Assembly (NCBI GenBank): GCA_052426225.1
Contig: JBNJNM010000011.1
Location: 2,728,001 to 2,792,000, forward strand
Source: Zancudomyces culisetae HAW-14-8
Lineage: Eukaryota > Fungi > Kickxellomycota
Direction of reading: 5' to 3'
Length of the DNA: 64,000 bases
Both the position numbers and the translations under genes were made by a program. Below, in pieces: positions 45,660 to 55,958 of this stretch. The notes below the pieces were generated by a model. That model was not told the origin of the DNA, searched no databases, and was given only the letters and a program-made list of their open reading frames with translations. Position 1 is the stretch's first letter; each line of letters opens with the position of its first letter.

Positions 45660-48027
45660 TGTGCAATGAATACTTTCTAGTTCACTTGTGCGCTATCTCA
45701 GCCTTGTGCTCTCTTGTTGGCTTCGTTTCAGGATATTTTTTTAATTTTTATTATACCAAGTCCAAATTTTCACAATCTTGTAGTATGAAGATAAAAGTGT
45801 AAAACCAAAGTATTCACGGAATATATGCTGCATTACACCACTTTCACTTGTTTGGAAAGACATCAATACATTTTCATACATCCGCAAAGTTTTGGCCTTA
45901 TTCTTTATGTAATCAAGCCTATTTGGGCTCGCATATAAACTATCAATACAGTCAGTGTTATTTTATTTGTGTTTCTCCCTTATACCAGGAAAACTAACGA
46001 ATGAATTTCAACAGTTTTTCCTTATAATGGGCGGTTGTTTGCATATTTTAATCATGCTTGGAGTGTGTAGTGCTATATGAATCTTATTTGCTGTTGCACA
46101 GCCATACCCAATAAAGTGTCTGATATGTAAGTGAGTCTTTTACTTTTATTTTAGCTATGGATGTTATTCGAGAATAGATTTTATTGTTTATGCGCCTACT
46201 TTCGTGGGGTTTTTCTTGCCAAATCATTAAAAATGAAACGGTTGTTGGATATGTTCTAAAAATATGGTACGTTCCCATACGCAGTTACATATAAGTGGAA
46301 GCGAAACATCATTTCTATATTCTGGATACACCCCTCCTCTTTTTGGATTGCATCTAGAAGAGAAAGTTTGTTATGGCATCAATATTTGCAGCACCAGTCT
46401 AGCAGTGCAGGATCTGGGCACAAATGTGTGCCTTTCAATTCTAACCTCAAATTCTTACGTTTTTTATTTGCAAATATAGATATAAATATATGGTTGATCA
46501 ATTTCATGTATTATCCCAATGAATGTCGCTTTGAACCAATATCAGCAAATATGTATTTGGTGCAAACATAGTGGGTTCAAAGCGAGAGACTCTTGTATTA
46601 AAAAAAAACGAACCTATGTCATAGAAGCAGGTGATAATAAATACCCGCTAAACATTAGTAATCAACTTAGCCAAACGCCTTTTAGTATACCAATACACAT
46701 CGGATATGGGTAATGATATATCCGGCCTTATATCGCTTGTTCCAATGTAAATACTTTACTTTTACGCAGCGATTAGGGATTTTGTGGATTTTATACATTG
46801 TTAGGACGTTATTTTTCAGTCTATCAAGTACATTTCCACTACAAGCGCAATATTACACGCTTTCCAGACTATGGTTTTTGTATTTACTGATGGTGATACC
46901 ACCAGATACTCGGATGTTATTTGTTTTACCAAAGTAGTAATGGTGGCTTTGGTTCGGTCAAGCACTTTTTAAAAATATGTTTGTTACAAGGTATCGTATG
47001 TAGAAACTAATTTTAGAGGGTGTGTGTGTGTGGTTTAATGTAAAAACTATTTCGACATAAATACTGTCTCGGTGCAGATTAGAATACCAATATACAGCTA
47101 TATCACATCACAGGAGAACGGAGACAGCGCTTTTGCATAATACTTATGGGCCACATAAATCCTAAATTTTTTCCCCCTAAATTTGCTTTAAAAAAGCACA
47201 CTCTCGTACACCTTATCCACTACCCACAATTATCCTCTGAAGCCACAGACATGTATTTTCAATACAATCTCATTATTCATGCACTTGAGTTACAAGCAAT
47301 GAAGAAGTGCAGCTGTCAAATAGACGTTCTGTTTTCAAAGCTCAACGTAGATCGCCTATTGACGTGCCGCCTTTTCGTGTCATACCTCCCTTATTACACA
47401 AAAAATCAATCCACAATACTTTTAACTTCTGCGAATTTAACGTGTTTTGCACTACAAAAAGCCAGTAAAGAAAACAACTAGGCGAGCGGTGTGGTCTCTT
47501 GTTTTTCTTTTTTTTTGTCTTCCAGCTGTTTTAATGCAATATTTTGATCCGCAACGCACTAAATTTGTATGGGTTGATGATGGGGCATTGTAACAATTCA
47601 AGTTGAGTTGGCTCTGTAGTCGAAGAATTGCTATTAGGTTGGTCATCAAAATCCGGATAATATTGGGATCTGTGGTTGGCATAAATTGATAATCAACACT
47701 CTAAATACTTTATTTTCACACCATATTTTCCTGAGGTTTTGGTTAATTTTGGGATAATTGCAGTAAATAAAACGTTCAAGCTAAAAAAGCGATAGGCTGG
47801 ATAATTTTGTTCATCATATGCATACCCAACTTGGAATTGCACCAAAAAAAAAAATACATACATATACTCATGAAAAGAAGCGCAACGCAAAAGGTTACAC
47901 CTCAGCTAAGACTTTTTTTTTAATAAAGAGAAAGCTTTTAAAACCCTGAATATCAGAAACTTTAGATATTATATATTCCGTATATAAGAGCCTATCATAC
48001 AAATACACAGATACCCCATACACAAGA

Positions 48028-48433
48028 ATGTCCAAATTAGTAGCTGTAAATTCGGTAGAGGAGTTCCATAAAGTCGTTAACGAGGGCGAGTTGGTTGTTG
48101 TAGATTTTTACGCAAAATGGTGCGGTCCTTGTCGACTAATGATGCCAAAGGTGGAGAAATTCTCCAAGGAATTTGACACTGTAAAGTTCATAAAAGTTGA
48201 TGTAGATGAAAATGAGGTAAGAGAGTAATTAAATCTGTATTGCATATTTGATGAGTCACAGCAGACATACCTTAAATATAATTGCTTTAATTTATAAATA
48301 GACCATCGCATCCTCCGTGGGAATCTCTGCTATGCCTACGTTCAAGTTCTACAAGGGTGGGAATATCATTGACGAAGTTGTTGGTGTTAACCCTGGTCAA
48401 TTGAAAACCAAAATAATTGAGTACATGGACTGA
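48028..48433 (+). CDS. Thioredoxin paralog B (2 exons)
   Basis: Exons 48028-48216 and 48302-48433. [33 protein letters not shown]. 106 aa. Confidence 0.96.
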
Positions 48434-48857
48434 GCGATCTTTTCGTACACTTGAGGATTGTATTATTGTGTAACTTTTTTATTTTATTTTTGAATTGTGA
48501 AACTTCATTTCCAACGCCTTTGCAGTCCATACTTATTAGTCTCTTTCCTCGCCTGAGGTTAAAATATATATTGAGTATTTAGTCTGCTTTGCCTTTCTTT
48601 TCTGTACCAAAAAAAAAAGCAGCTACTCGAATATTTTCAAAAATAAAACCGAAATACTAACAAAAAAAAAGTATGTGTGGATGTGGAGTCATTATTCTGA
48701 AGTGGACTCAAATTGGTTTGCAGTTATACTGAAAATATTTTTGTAGACAAAAGCTTTAAAGGATGCGATTCAGATGTCAGGAACATGTATATAATCTACG
48801 TCTAAATTTGTATTATGGACTTTTGTGGATATTATATATAATAAACCAATGTCCGAA

Positions 48858-50393
48858 TTAAACCTGAAAATAAAAAAGAAGAGTTTCGACGCTCAGCACA
48901 ACTATATCGATTGCAATAAGAGCTATTATTATCATTTCCAAGAAAACTCCTTGAGTACTGTTTAAATGATTTTTCAACATTTCAAGCAAATCACCAATAA
49001 CGCTGACTCTATGGTTCAAAAGATCAATGCGCTGAGGAATTTCCAGGTAGCTTCTAAAAGCACTGTACACAGGTTGTAGGTTGGGTTCAGACCAAAATAT
49101 CTCTGGCGTATCAAGTATATTGCTTACAAGGCTAAAGTTGAATCTGTTCATAAACAGCTGTCCGAAGATTTTTGTAATGGACTTTCTGCTCATTTGAACA
49201 GCACCAGTCTGGGCCAAGGCCTGAGGGATGTGTTTTGTTTGCTCAATAGAATCCTCTACGAGTTCTTCAAATAGGGAGATTTTGGAAGATTGCGCTAATG
49301 CATGGGAAATGGCCAACCTAGTCATAAAATTCCCTGGATTTTTCAGCATAAAAATATCGTTAAATATCCTGGGCTGTGAGTACTTGTTGTAAAAGAAATT
49401 AAACTCCTCGACGAATTGATCATCTGAGCTTAGCTGGCTGACGCTGAACTGTGATATTTGCTCCAGAAATACGCTTTCTTTTGACCTGGTCATGCCCCAC
49501 AACACCACAACCCCATAATCAAATATATACGCTTCGTTCAATATTTGTATCTTGTCGAAATCCTGCTCGTCAGCATGATATAAATGACTTCTCTCAAAAC
49601 GCACTACTCCACCTTGTTCGTTTATCTGCAAAATATGCGAATCAGCATATATGTTGGGTATATACAAGCACTCGTCATATATTTTAGGTGATAGCACGCC
49701 TTTTTCAGCTGTATTCGCACTATTTACAGCACTATTTTTTTGAGCCCAAGCATAAATCTCTTTGATTTTGTAAGAGTTTGCCTTACAAATAGTCGTAACT
49801 CTAGGTAATAGCTTTGCTTTGGATTTTTTAATCATATCGAAGCTTATTCGCAGGTTTAACATTTTACTCAGCTCCTGTTGAAGATCCAAGCCCTTATTAT
49901 TCGCAGCGTTCAATCCCAACACATCATTTGTTGGTAAATTTGCTTCCTCTGTTCCAAGTTTGTATTCTCGCTTGTTATCATCAATCTGCATCTCTTCGTC
50001 AGGTAAGATTTTCAATTTTTGACCAGCCTTTGTAGTCCTAAAGCTGGGCTTGTCGACATAACCTCTATATGTTATGCTTGTATGTTGCTTTTCTCCGTGA
50101 TTCTGATTATATGAATCCACGACGTTGCTTTGTTCATCTAAATACATTTTTAGTCTATCTTTTTTTCCATTGTCAAGATCGGGATCCTCAGAGTTCGTGG
50201 AAGCTAAATTTCTCTGCCTGTTGTGAATAGACGGCCCGTAAACACTGTCGGAATAATTGATCGTACTCAAATCGGTGTCGCTTTCGTAGCCCCTACCATG
50301 TTTTCTCATCCTGCCCTTATTTCGATTTTTCTTTTTATCGCTGGAAAGGGAATCATCCTTTTCGGTTTTTTTAAGCAATGCTTCTGATTCCAT
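48858..50393 (-). CDS. RMD1: RMD1-family (DUF155) membrane protein
   Basis: LPRVTTIC, FDYGVVVLWG, QPRIFNDI, LAISHALAQSSKISLFE, NILDTPEIFWSEP, YLEIPQRIDLLNHR, C-terminal TM helix. Confidence 0.9.
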   Translation of the reverse strand: MESEALLKKTEKDDSLSSDKKKNRNKGRMRKHGRGYESDTDLSTINYSDSVYGPSIHNRQRNLASTNSEDPDLDNGKKDRLKMYLDEQSNVVDSYNQNHGEKQHTSITYRGYVDKPSFRTTKAGQKLKILPDEEMQIDDNKREYKLGTEEANLPTNDVLGLNAANNKGLDLQQELSKMLNLRISFDMIKKSKAKLLPRVTTICKANSYKIKEIYAWAQKNSAVNSANTAEKGVLSPKIYDECLYIPNIYADSHILQINEQGGVVRFERSHLYHADEQDFDKIQILNEAYIFDYGVVVLWGMTRSKESVFLEQISQFSVSQLSSDDQFVEEFNFFYNKYSQPRIFNDIFMLKNPGNFMTRLAISHALAQSSKISLFEELVEDSIEQTKHIPQALAQTGAVQMSRKSITKIFGQLFMNRFNFSLVSNILDTPEIFWSEPNLQPVYSAFRSYLEIPQRIDLLNHRVSVIGDLLEMLKNHLNSTQGVFLEMIIIALIAIDIVVLSVETLLFYFQV

Positions 50394-50737
50394 TCTGGGT
50401 TTTACCCTAGTTTTGTATTGAATTTCTTTTGTTTGAATGGAATTTTCCTATTCTTAGTAAGACTGCATATGCAAGGCTAGTTGGATTGATGGCTAAACTG
50501 CAGAATTGACTTTTCGAGAAACTGTCCCGAAATATACAAATAAAAAACGAAATTTCATTTGAAAATTTTGCAGATTAGCCCAAACACAAAGTAAAAAAAA
50601 AAATTACAGCTTGGAAAGTTTGGGAACAAATCCTGGCTAAACCAGTAACATTGCAATTTACCAGGAAGTAATAAGATGGGACATAACAGAAAGGTTTATA
50701 CATGTATTATATTGGTTCCATTTTTAGAGTACAAAAT

Positions 50738-52448
50738 TTACAAAGAAACAAGTGGTGAAAATACAAAACTGACAAACGAAAAGGCAGTTTCTGTGTGGAT
50801 TTTAAATTGGAAAAGCAGAAACCCATCACTGTTAATAGATATTTTGGTAATTAGGGACTGGTTCAGGGCATTTTGGCATTTGGTTACTAGGTTCAATTTG
50901 TATCTATAAAGTATTAACATTGCGTTATACCAAGACCAAATACAACATAAAAAGCACAAACATTTCTCGGAGAGAACAAATGAAAAAACCATGACAATGG
51001 TATAAAAAACGAGGATGTTGGAGAGTAAAGCGCGCTTACCTAAACTGCTGATCTTCTAAACATGAGAATGCTTCCAGAACCTTTTCGTTATTCAAATATT
51101 TTACTTCAGTACTTCCAGTTGACCCAGAAATGACTATCTTGAGTATGGGTGAGGTATTTGAAATTGAGAACATTATTATCTCTCCATTGGATTCCAGTTC
51201 GTTGAAGAGGTCTTGCAGCCATTCTGACTATATTCAGTAAAAATGAAGATTATTGGTAAATGTCACTAAGTATAGTGTTACTTTTTCTTTGCAACTTAAA
51301 AAACAGGTTCTAGAAAAGGTATGATATTGGTATACTCTTATATCATAGTTCTACAAAAGGGAGGATTACCCGTATGATTACGCTTTGAATTGTAGGACTG
51401 GAATCAAAATCGAGGTCCGGAAAGGGGTCCGGTATAAATGTAGCAAGCCTACAGATGGATATCACACCATTGTCTTCCAACCTAGCATAACGTTAATTTT
51501 TTTTTCTTATTAGTGTAGCATTCATGGCGTCCATTTAGTAAGTGAATATAAAGTTAGAATACATTTCGAATATGACCAAATATCGCTACGAAGCAGGTAA
51601 AAACCGAAACATAAAGCAAGAGCGAGAGCAAAAACTTACATCAGTTCGAATTCCGAACCATCACCGTCATATGCGAATTGAGCTGTTGTGCTTGTAACAG
51701 GGGGGTTGTATGATGTACTGTTCTTCCTATACCCCGCACCATTCGATCCGCTTGCTTCGAGAGCAGAAATATTACCCATCAATCCGCCTACAACCCCAGT
51801 AGTATTACCCTGCGACAAACTGTTTTTATAATTATAGGTATTGGTTCCATAGAATAGCGTCAAACATTCAATGAGATTGTTAACAAATAGACAACATTGC
51901 AAAGGCTCCGATTCTACGCGCGAAGCAATTTTGTATTCGGCAAAAAAGGACTTTTTGAGGTAGGCCTTTGCTATAACACATTGGGAATCTTGCACAGAAA
52001 ATATTATTCCATCCTTTTCTATGTCTACGATGACCTTCTATTTGCAGCGAATATGGTTTTTATTTTTTTATTGCTTGATTTTGCTTTTTTAAAGCTATTA
52101 AAGTGCTTGTTTCATAAATAAAGTAGATCAATAAATAAATGGCAAGAGCAATTTTAAAAATGTATGCATTGATCCAAACCAAGACAAATCTGTCTCGCAT
52201 GCCTAATATAGAGCACTATACCACAGTGAATAGTGCTCGGGCAAATACACCGCTTTTTTTAAAAAAAATTAAAATAACGGATTGAAACATAAACAAAAAC
52301 TGGGCTAGAGCTGAGAAAAAGTATGACGAGTGTATTATAATTTACTAACCTGAATAAAAGATAAAGATCGAAGTAAATTTACAAGCGGTCTAACGTTATA
52401 CAGCTTTGCTGAAAATGCAAACTGGTTAAATTCAGCCTCGGTCGCCAT
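50738..52448 (-). CDS. RAD1: 9-1-1 checkpoint clamp subunit Rad1 (S. cerevisiae Rad17), 5 exons
   Basis: FSAKLYNVRPLVNLLRSLSF, DGIIFSVQDSQCVIAKAYLKKSFF, LIECLTLF, YDGDGSEFELM|LEDNGVISICRL, SEWLQDLFNELE, KISINSDGFLLFQF. Confidence 0.92.
52158..52255 (-). ncRNA. Candidate intronic structured RNA (H/ACA snoRNA-like) in RAD1 intron 1
   Basis: Higher-GC island in a 312-nt intron. Stems GAGCACTAT/ATAGTGCTC and CGAGACA/TGTCTTG, ANANNA (ATATTA) between them, ACA-TTT after the closing stem. Confidence 0.4.
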
Positions 52449-52949
52449 TTATTTATCCTTACGAGCAAAAATAAAAAACCAATTGCACATTAATAGTGGG
52501 TGCCTTTTACCGCTTTTTTATGATAATTGCAGTAAATGGAATCGAAGTGATAATCGTAACAGCTTAAGTTCGTGGCAATGTAATAATATCAACAACTACT
52601 ACAATGGTAATAATGATAATGATAATAATTTACGCAAACCTCTAAAAAGTATCAAGTATCCCGCCTATTTACATTTCGTTGGTAGAACTGATTTGATTAT
52701 GTAAAAATATTGAATTTGCTGCGTAATTTTAACGAGAAAAACAAAAAAATCATATAAACTCGCCAATTTTTGTAAATCGAGACTGATGTGTGTTGAATGA
52801 GTTAGTGCATTGCTTTAGCTGTTAAAATCCAGCAAAGAAACTTAAATGGAGACCTAAAAAAGACAACAAAACATACGCAAGTAAACAGATATACAGGCAC
52901 ACAAGTGGTATACAAATGGCATACAAAACAAATTAAAATAAAGGACAGA

Positions 52950-54659
52950 TTAACACCCGAGAGCATTCAGGATATCAACGTTGTAACGGACAAAGTTGAA
53001 TGCAACATTGTTCCGCGACTCTGAGTCAAGTTTTTCGCTAATTATTTTGGAGGCTTTCTCAGTAATATTGTGCTTACAAGCTATCACACATTCGTTAGCC
53101 AAATCGTTGTATAGATCCTCAGTTAGACACGCACTCAGTGTGGCTAGTAGCGATTTACAAGTGGAAACAGGAGGATAAACATATGAAGGCGGCGAAGAAG
53201 AAACAGGCGTAGATGCAAAATCTTCGCGAATATCCTCAAGCTCTGAGACAGTTAAGGAGTAATTCCGGATATGAGCACTAATTGACGACTGTGCCCGAAA
53301 TACCAGTCGATTGAGCGCATCTTTAAGTAGTCTGTCGATAACTGAATAGAAAATAGAATATGTTGGGTTGAATTCAAATAAATTTTCAGGCGCGGAAAGC
53401 TCGTTCTCTGGCGGGTAGTTAGATTGTGTATCAACATTGCTCATCCAGCCAAATGATTGCAAAACTGAACAAAATTCAGACAGGGTCTTGACCTCGTGTT
53501 CGGAGATGATAATTGGTCTTGAATGGTCGTATAAACACGAGGCTAGGAACTCTAAATGAGTTATCAAACTTGGTTTAGATAATTCAATGGGCTTAAAGAA
53601 CCACGAATACACCATGTACTCTTCGTTACAAGCATCCAATACAAATGAACACCAACTTTGCAGTGTGTCAATTACATTTGTTTGTTCCTTTCTGAGCCTG
53701 TCCATTTCGAAATGAGTATAATCTTTCACCATCTGCTTCCTAGTATTAAAATAAACACTATAAATTGCACTCAATACATTAGATGTTTCTTCTAAATTAT
53801 TTTCTAGCCTTTTTTCCAATTCTTCAATAAGAGGCCTGATGGTATTCGATGCCTGCAGATACTTTCCCTGTAGATAATCCTGTGCATAACCATGTTCTTC
53901 GTGTGACGGTTTTCCTTCAGGCTTTGTATTTAGGTACTCGCCAATATCTCTTAGCTTTAGGTTAAAATACATTTTTATAAGCGTATATCCTCTAGAACGG
54001 CAGCTCTGATACCTCATTAAATATAATTCAGCATCTCTGGCATATCTATGACTTGTTATATAATCTATGCCCGCATCCAATAGATCCATATAATAAACAA
54101 AAAGTTTATTTTCGCAAACTTTATCACCAGGTGAATTGAATAGCTTCATTATCTTTTCCAGATTATTGTACACTGTTAAACCTTCTTTTAGCTCCGTAAG
54201 TTGTGTTTCCTTCTCCTTCAACTTTAGCTTCTGGTAATAAAATCTATCTTCAAAACTGCTTCTATTGCTTTTGCAACTAACAAACTCATCCCTTATCTTT
54301 TCTTGCTTGAGCTTGATTTCCTGCAAAATCGCAATAAAATCTGCAAAATTTCGTTTTTTTGATATTAGATTTTGATGATGACATTGAACTTCTTGGTCGT
54401 GATCTTTAGCTATCTCGGTCTCTAGACTTTCAAACCAATCTAAAAATTGCTGCGATCTTTGCTCTCTCCTCTTATTCTCTTGTATACTATTTGCATTTTC
54501 CTGAACCTGTTTGTTGCGAGTTTGCTGATTTCCCTGTTCTGGCTTGGCGTGAGTACTGACGCTTCTATCAAGGTCTTGTAATGCGAAGAGTGCTTCCTGT
54601 AATGGTTTATCGAGCACCGCCTCTCTTTCCCACTTCTCTATCCGCCTCTCTCTGTCCAT
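52950..54659 (-). CDS. COG3: Conserved oligomeric Golgi complex subunit 3 (Sec34), short form
   Basis: QQFLDWFESLE, KLFNSPG, H..ARDAELYLMRYQSCRSRGYTLIK, LYDHSRPIIISE, LLKDALNRLVFRAQ, YPPVSTC. Confidence 0.9.
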   Translation of the reverse strand: MDRERRIEKWEREAVLDKPLQEALFALQDLDRSVSTHAKPEQGNQQTRNKQVQENANSIQENKRREQRSQQFLDWFESLETEIAKDHDQEVQCHHQNLISKKRNFADFIAILQEIKLKQEKIRDEFVSCKSNRSSFEDRFYYQKLKLKEKETQLTELKEGLTVYNNLEKIMKLFNSPGDKVCENKLFVYYMDLLDAGIDYITSHRYARDAELYLMRYQSCRSRGYTLIKMYFNLKLRDIGEYLNTKPEGKPSHEEHGYAQDYLQGKYLQASNTIRPLIEELEKRLENNLEETSNVLSAIYSVYFNTRKQMVKDYTHFEMDRLRKEQTNVIDTLQSWCSFVLDACNEEYMVYSWFFKPIELSKPSLITHLEFLASCLYDHSRPIIISEHEVKTLSEFCSVLQSFGWMSNVDTQSNYPPENELSAPENLFEFNPTYSIFYSVIDRLLKDALNRLVFRAQSSISAHIRNYSLTVSELEDIREDFASTPVSSSPPSYVYPPVSTCKSLLATLSACLTEDLYNDLANECVIACKHNITEKASKIISEKLDSESRNNVAFNFVRYNVDILNALGC

Positions 54660-55123
54660 ATTTAGTTATTTTGTCAATTTATTCTTTCCCTAAAGGAAGC
54701 ACTTATTTTTTGCCTTTTCTAACATTACAATGATATATATTTTTCAAAGAACCAATGGATGGAATTTGAAAAAGTCGTGATTGTTGTAATGTTTGAAAAC
54801 ATTTCGTTAAATTGACCTTTGGCCTATTAGCTGGCTTTTATTTTTTTTAAATTTTTTTTGAGCCTTCTCGCTCCCCTTGCTAGTATCAGGTAAAACTTTT
54901 TGATAGCCAGGCTCAGCTTTTCGAGTATTTTCCAGTATTTTCAAAAACTAAAAAAACCCATCCGAGTTGCTTTCATTTAAACTCCTCCAAAATTAACTCA
55001 AGATATTCTACTTTTCACATACCTCGTTTTTTGCATCTCCAAGACCTTCCGATCTTTTTTTTCTCGTGCTTGTAGCGATTTAATAAAACAAACCCAAATC
55101 AGCAGTAAAGGAAGCGCGTAAAA

Positions 55124-55954
55124 ATGCTTGAAAACACCAAAATTGTAAAGGTAGAGCCAAAAATAAATATTTACAAATATTCGTACCTATATGATCATAG
55201 CACTGGAAAGGTAGAAACAATGGACTCGACAACCGAAAAAGCTAACAAAACGAGGATTGACATGACTATTACAATTCTTACAAATATTGAAGAACCGCAG
55301 AAAAACAGTGCAAATCCGGAAATGGGCACCAAGGAGACAAACAAAATGTGTATTTGGGTATGGGCAGGTGTAAATGCAAACGCTAAAAGCCATTCCACAC
55401 AGAATCCACACACAAACCTGTCAAGGCTCAATACAATGGCGCTTGGACATATGGCTACTAGACTTAACCCACTGGTAAGTTTTCTTCAGGCAGGGTGGAC
55501 GGCGTGATTTTGGAAATGCTGCGATTTTTAGAGCCAGTAATCACATGCATTCTCACCAGCATATATAATTTTAATTGCGATTCCCCTTTGACTTGACAAT
55601 TAGGGACTCGGGACCAGCCTGATTAGTAATAACGTGGATGAAACCGACAAGGAAATAGCAAAGAGGCTAGGTAATTAAAGTGATTTCGGACAATCGTAAT
55701 AATAATAGAAATCTTCGTGTAAAAAAATCAAGGTGTTTTTAATCAAAAACCAAAAGTACTATAGCGAATCAGTAGTGAAAATCAAATGTATATGCATATA
55801 AATAGCGCTTCGGTATAGGATACCCGTGGTATTAAGCACAGATCTGGCGGTCCTAGGCTATCAAAGTCAGCTTTTTGACGAGAAGGGAAGTATACTAGGA
55901 AGTGCTGTAGAAAGAATTATAAATAGCGAGCTGCCAATATTGCTTCAAGAATAG
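55124..55954 (+). CDS. Proteasome assembly chaperone 4 (PAC4/PSMG4/Poc4)-like, 3 exons
   Basis: Exons 55124-55474, 55604-55670 and 55806-55954 join in frame (188 aa): CIWVWAG...LNTMALGHM...GTSLISNNVDETDKEIAKRLALRYRIPVVLSTDL...VERIINSEL. This fits the PAC4 pattern. Confidence 0.75.
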
Positions 55955-55958
55955 CCTC

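Noticed and set aside
48420-48560. Readthrough or alternative splicing giving a PTS1 on thioredoxin B
   Set aside because: The stop context is TGA-GCG, not TGA-CTA. Neither the readthrough extension nor the candidate acceptors give a terminal PTS1.
55187-55452. Minus-strand reading MSKRHCIEP-TGA-QVC as a possible selenoprotein (some early-diverging fungi use Sec)
   Set aside because: It is antisense to the PAC4-like exon, does not resemble a known selenoprotein family, and I could not see a SECIS.
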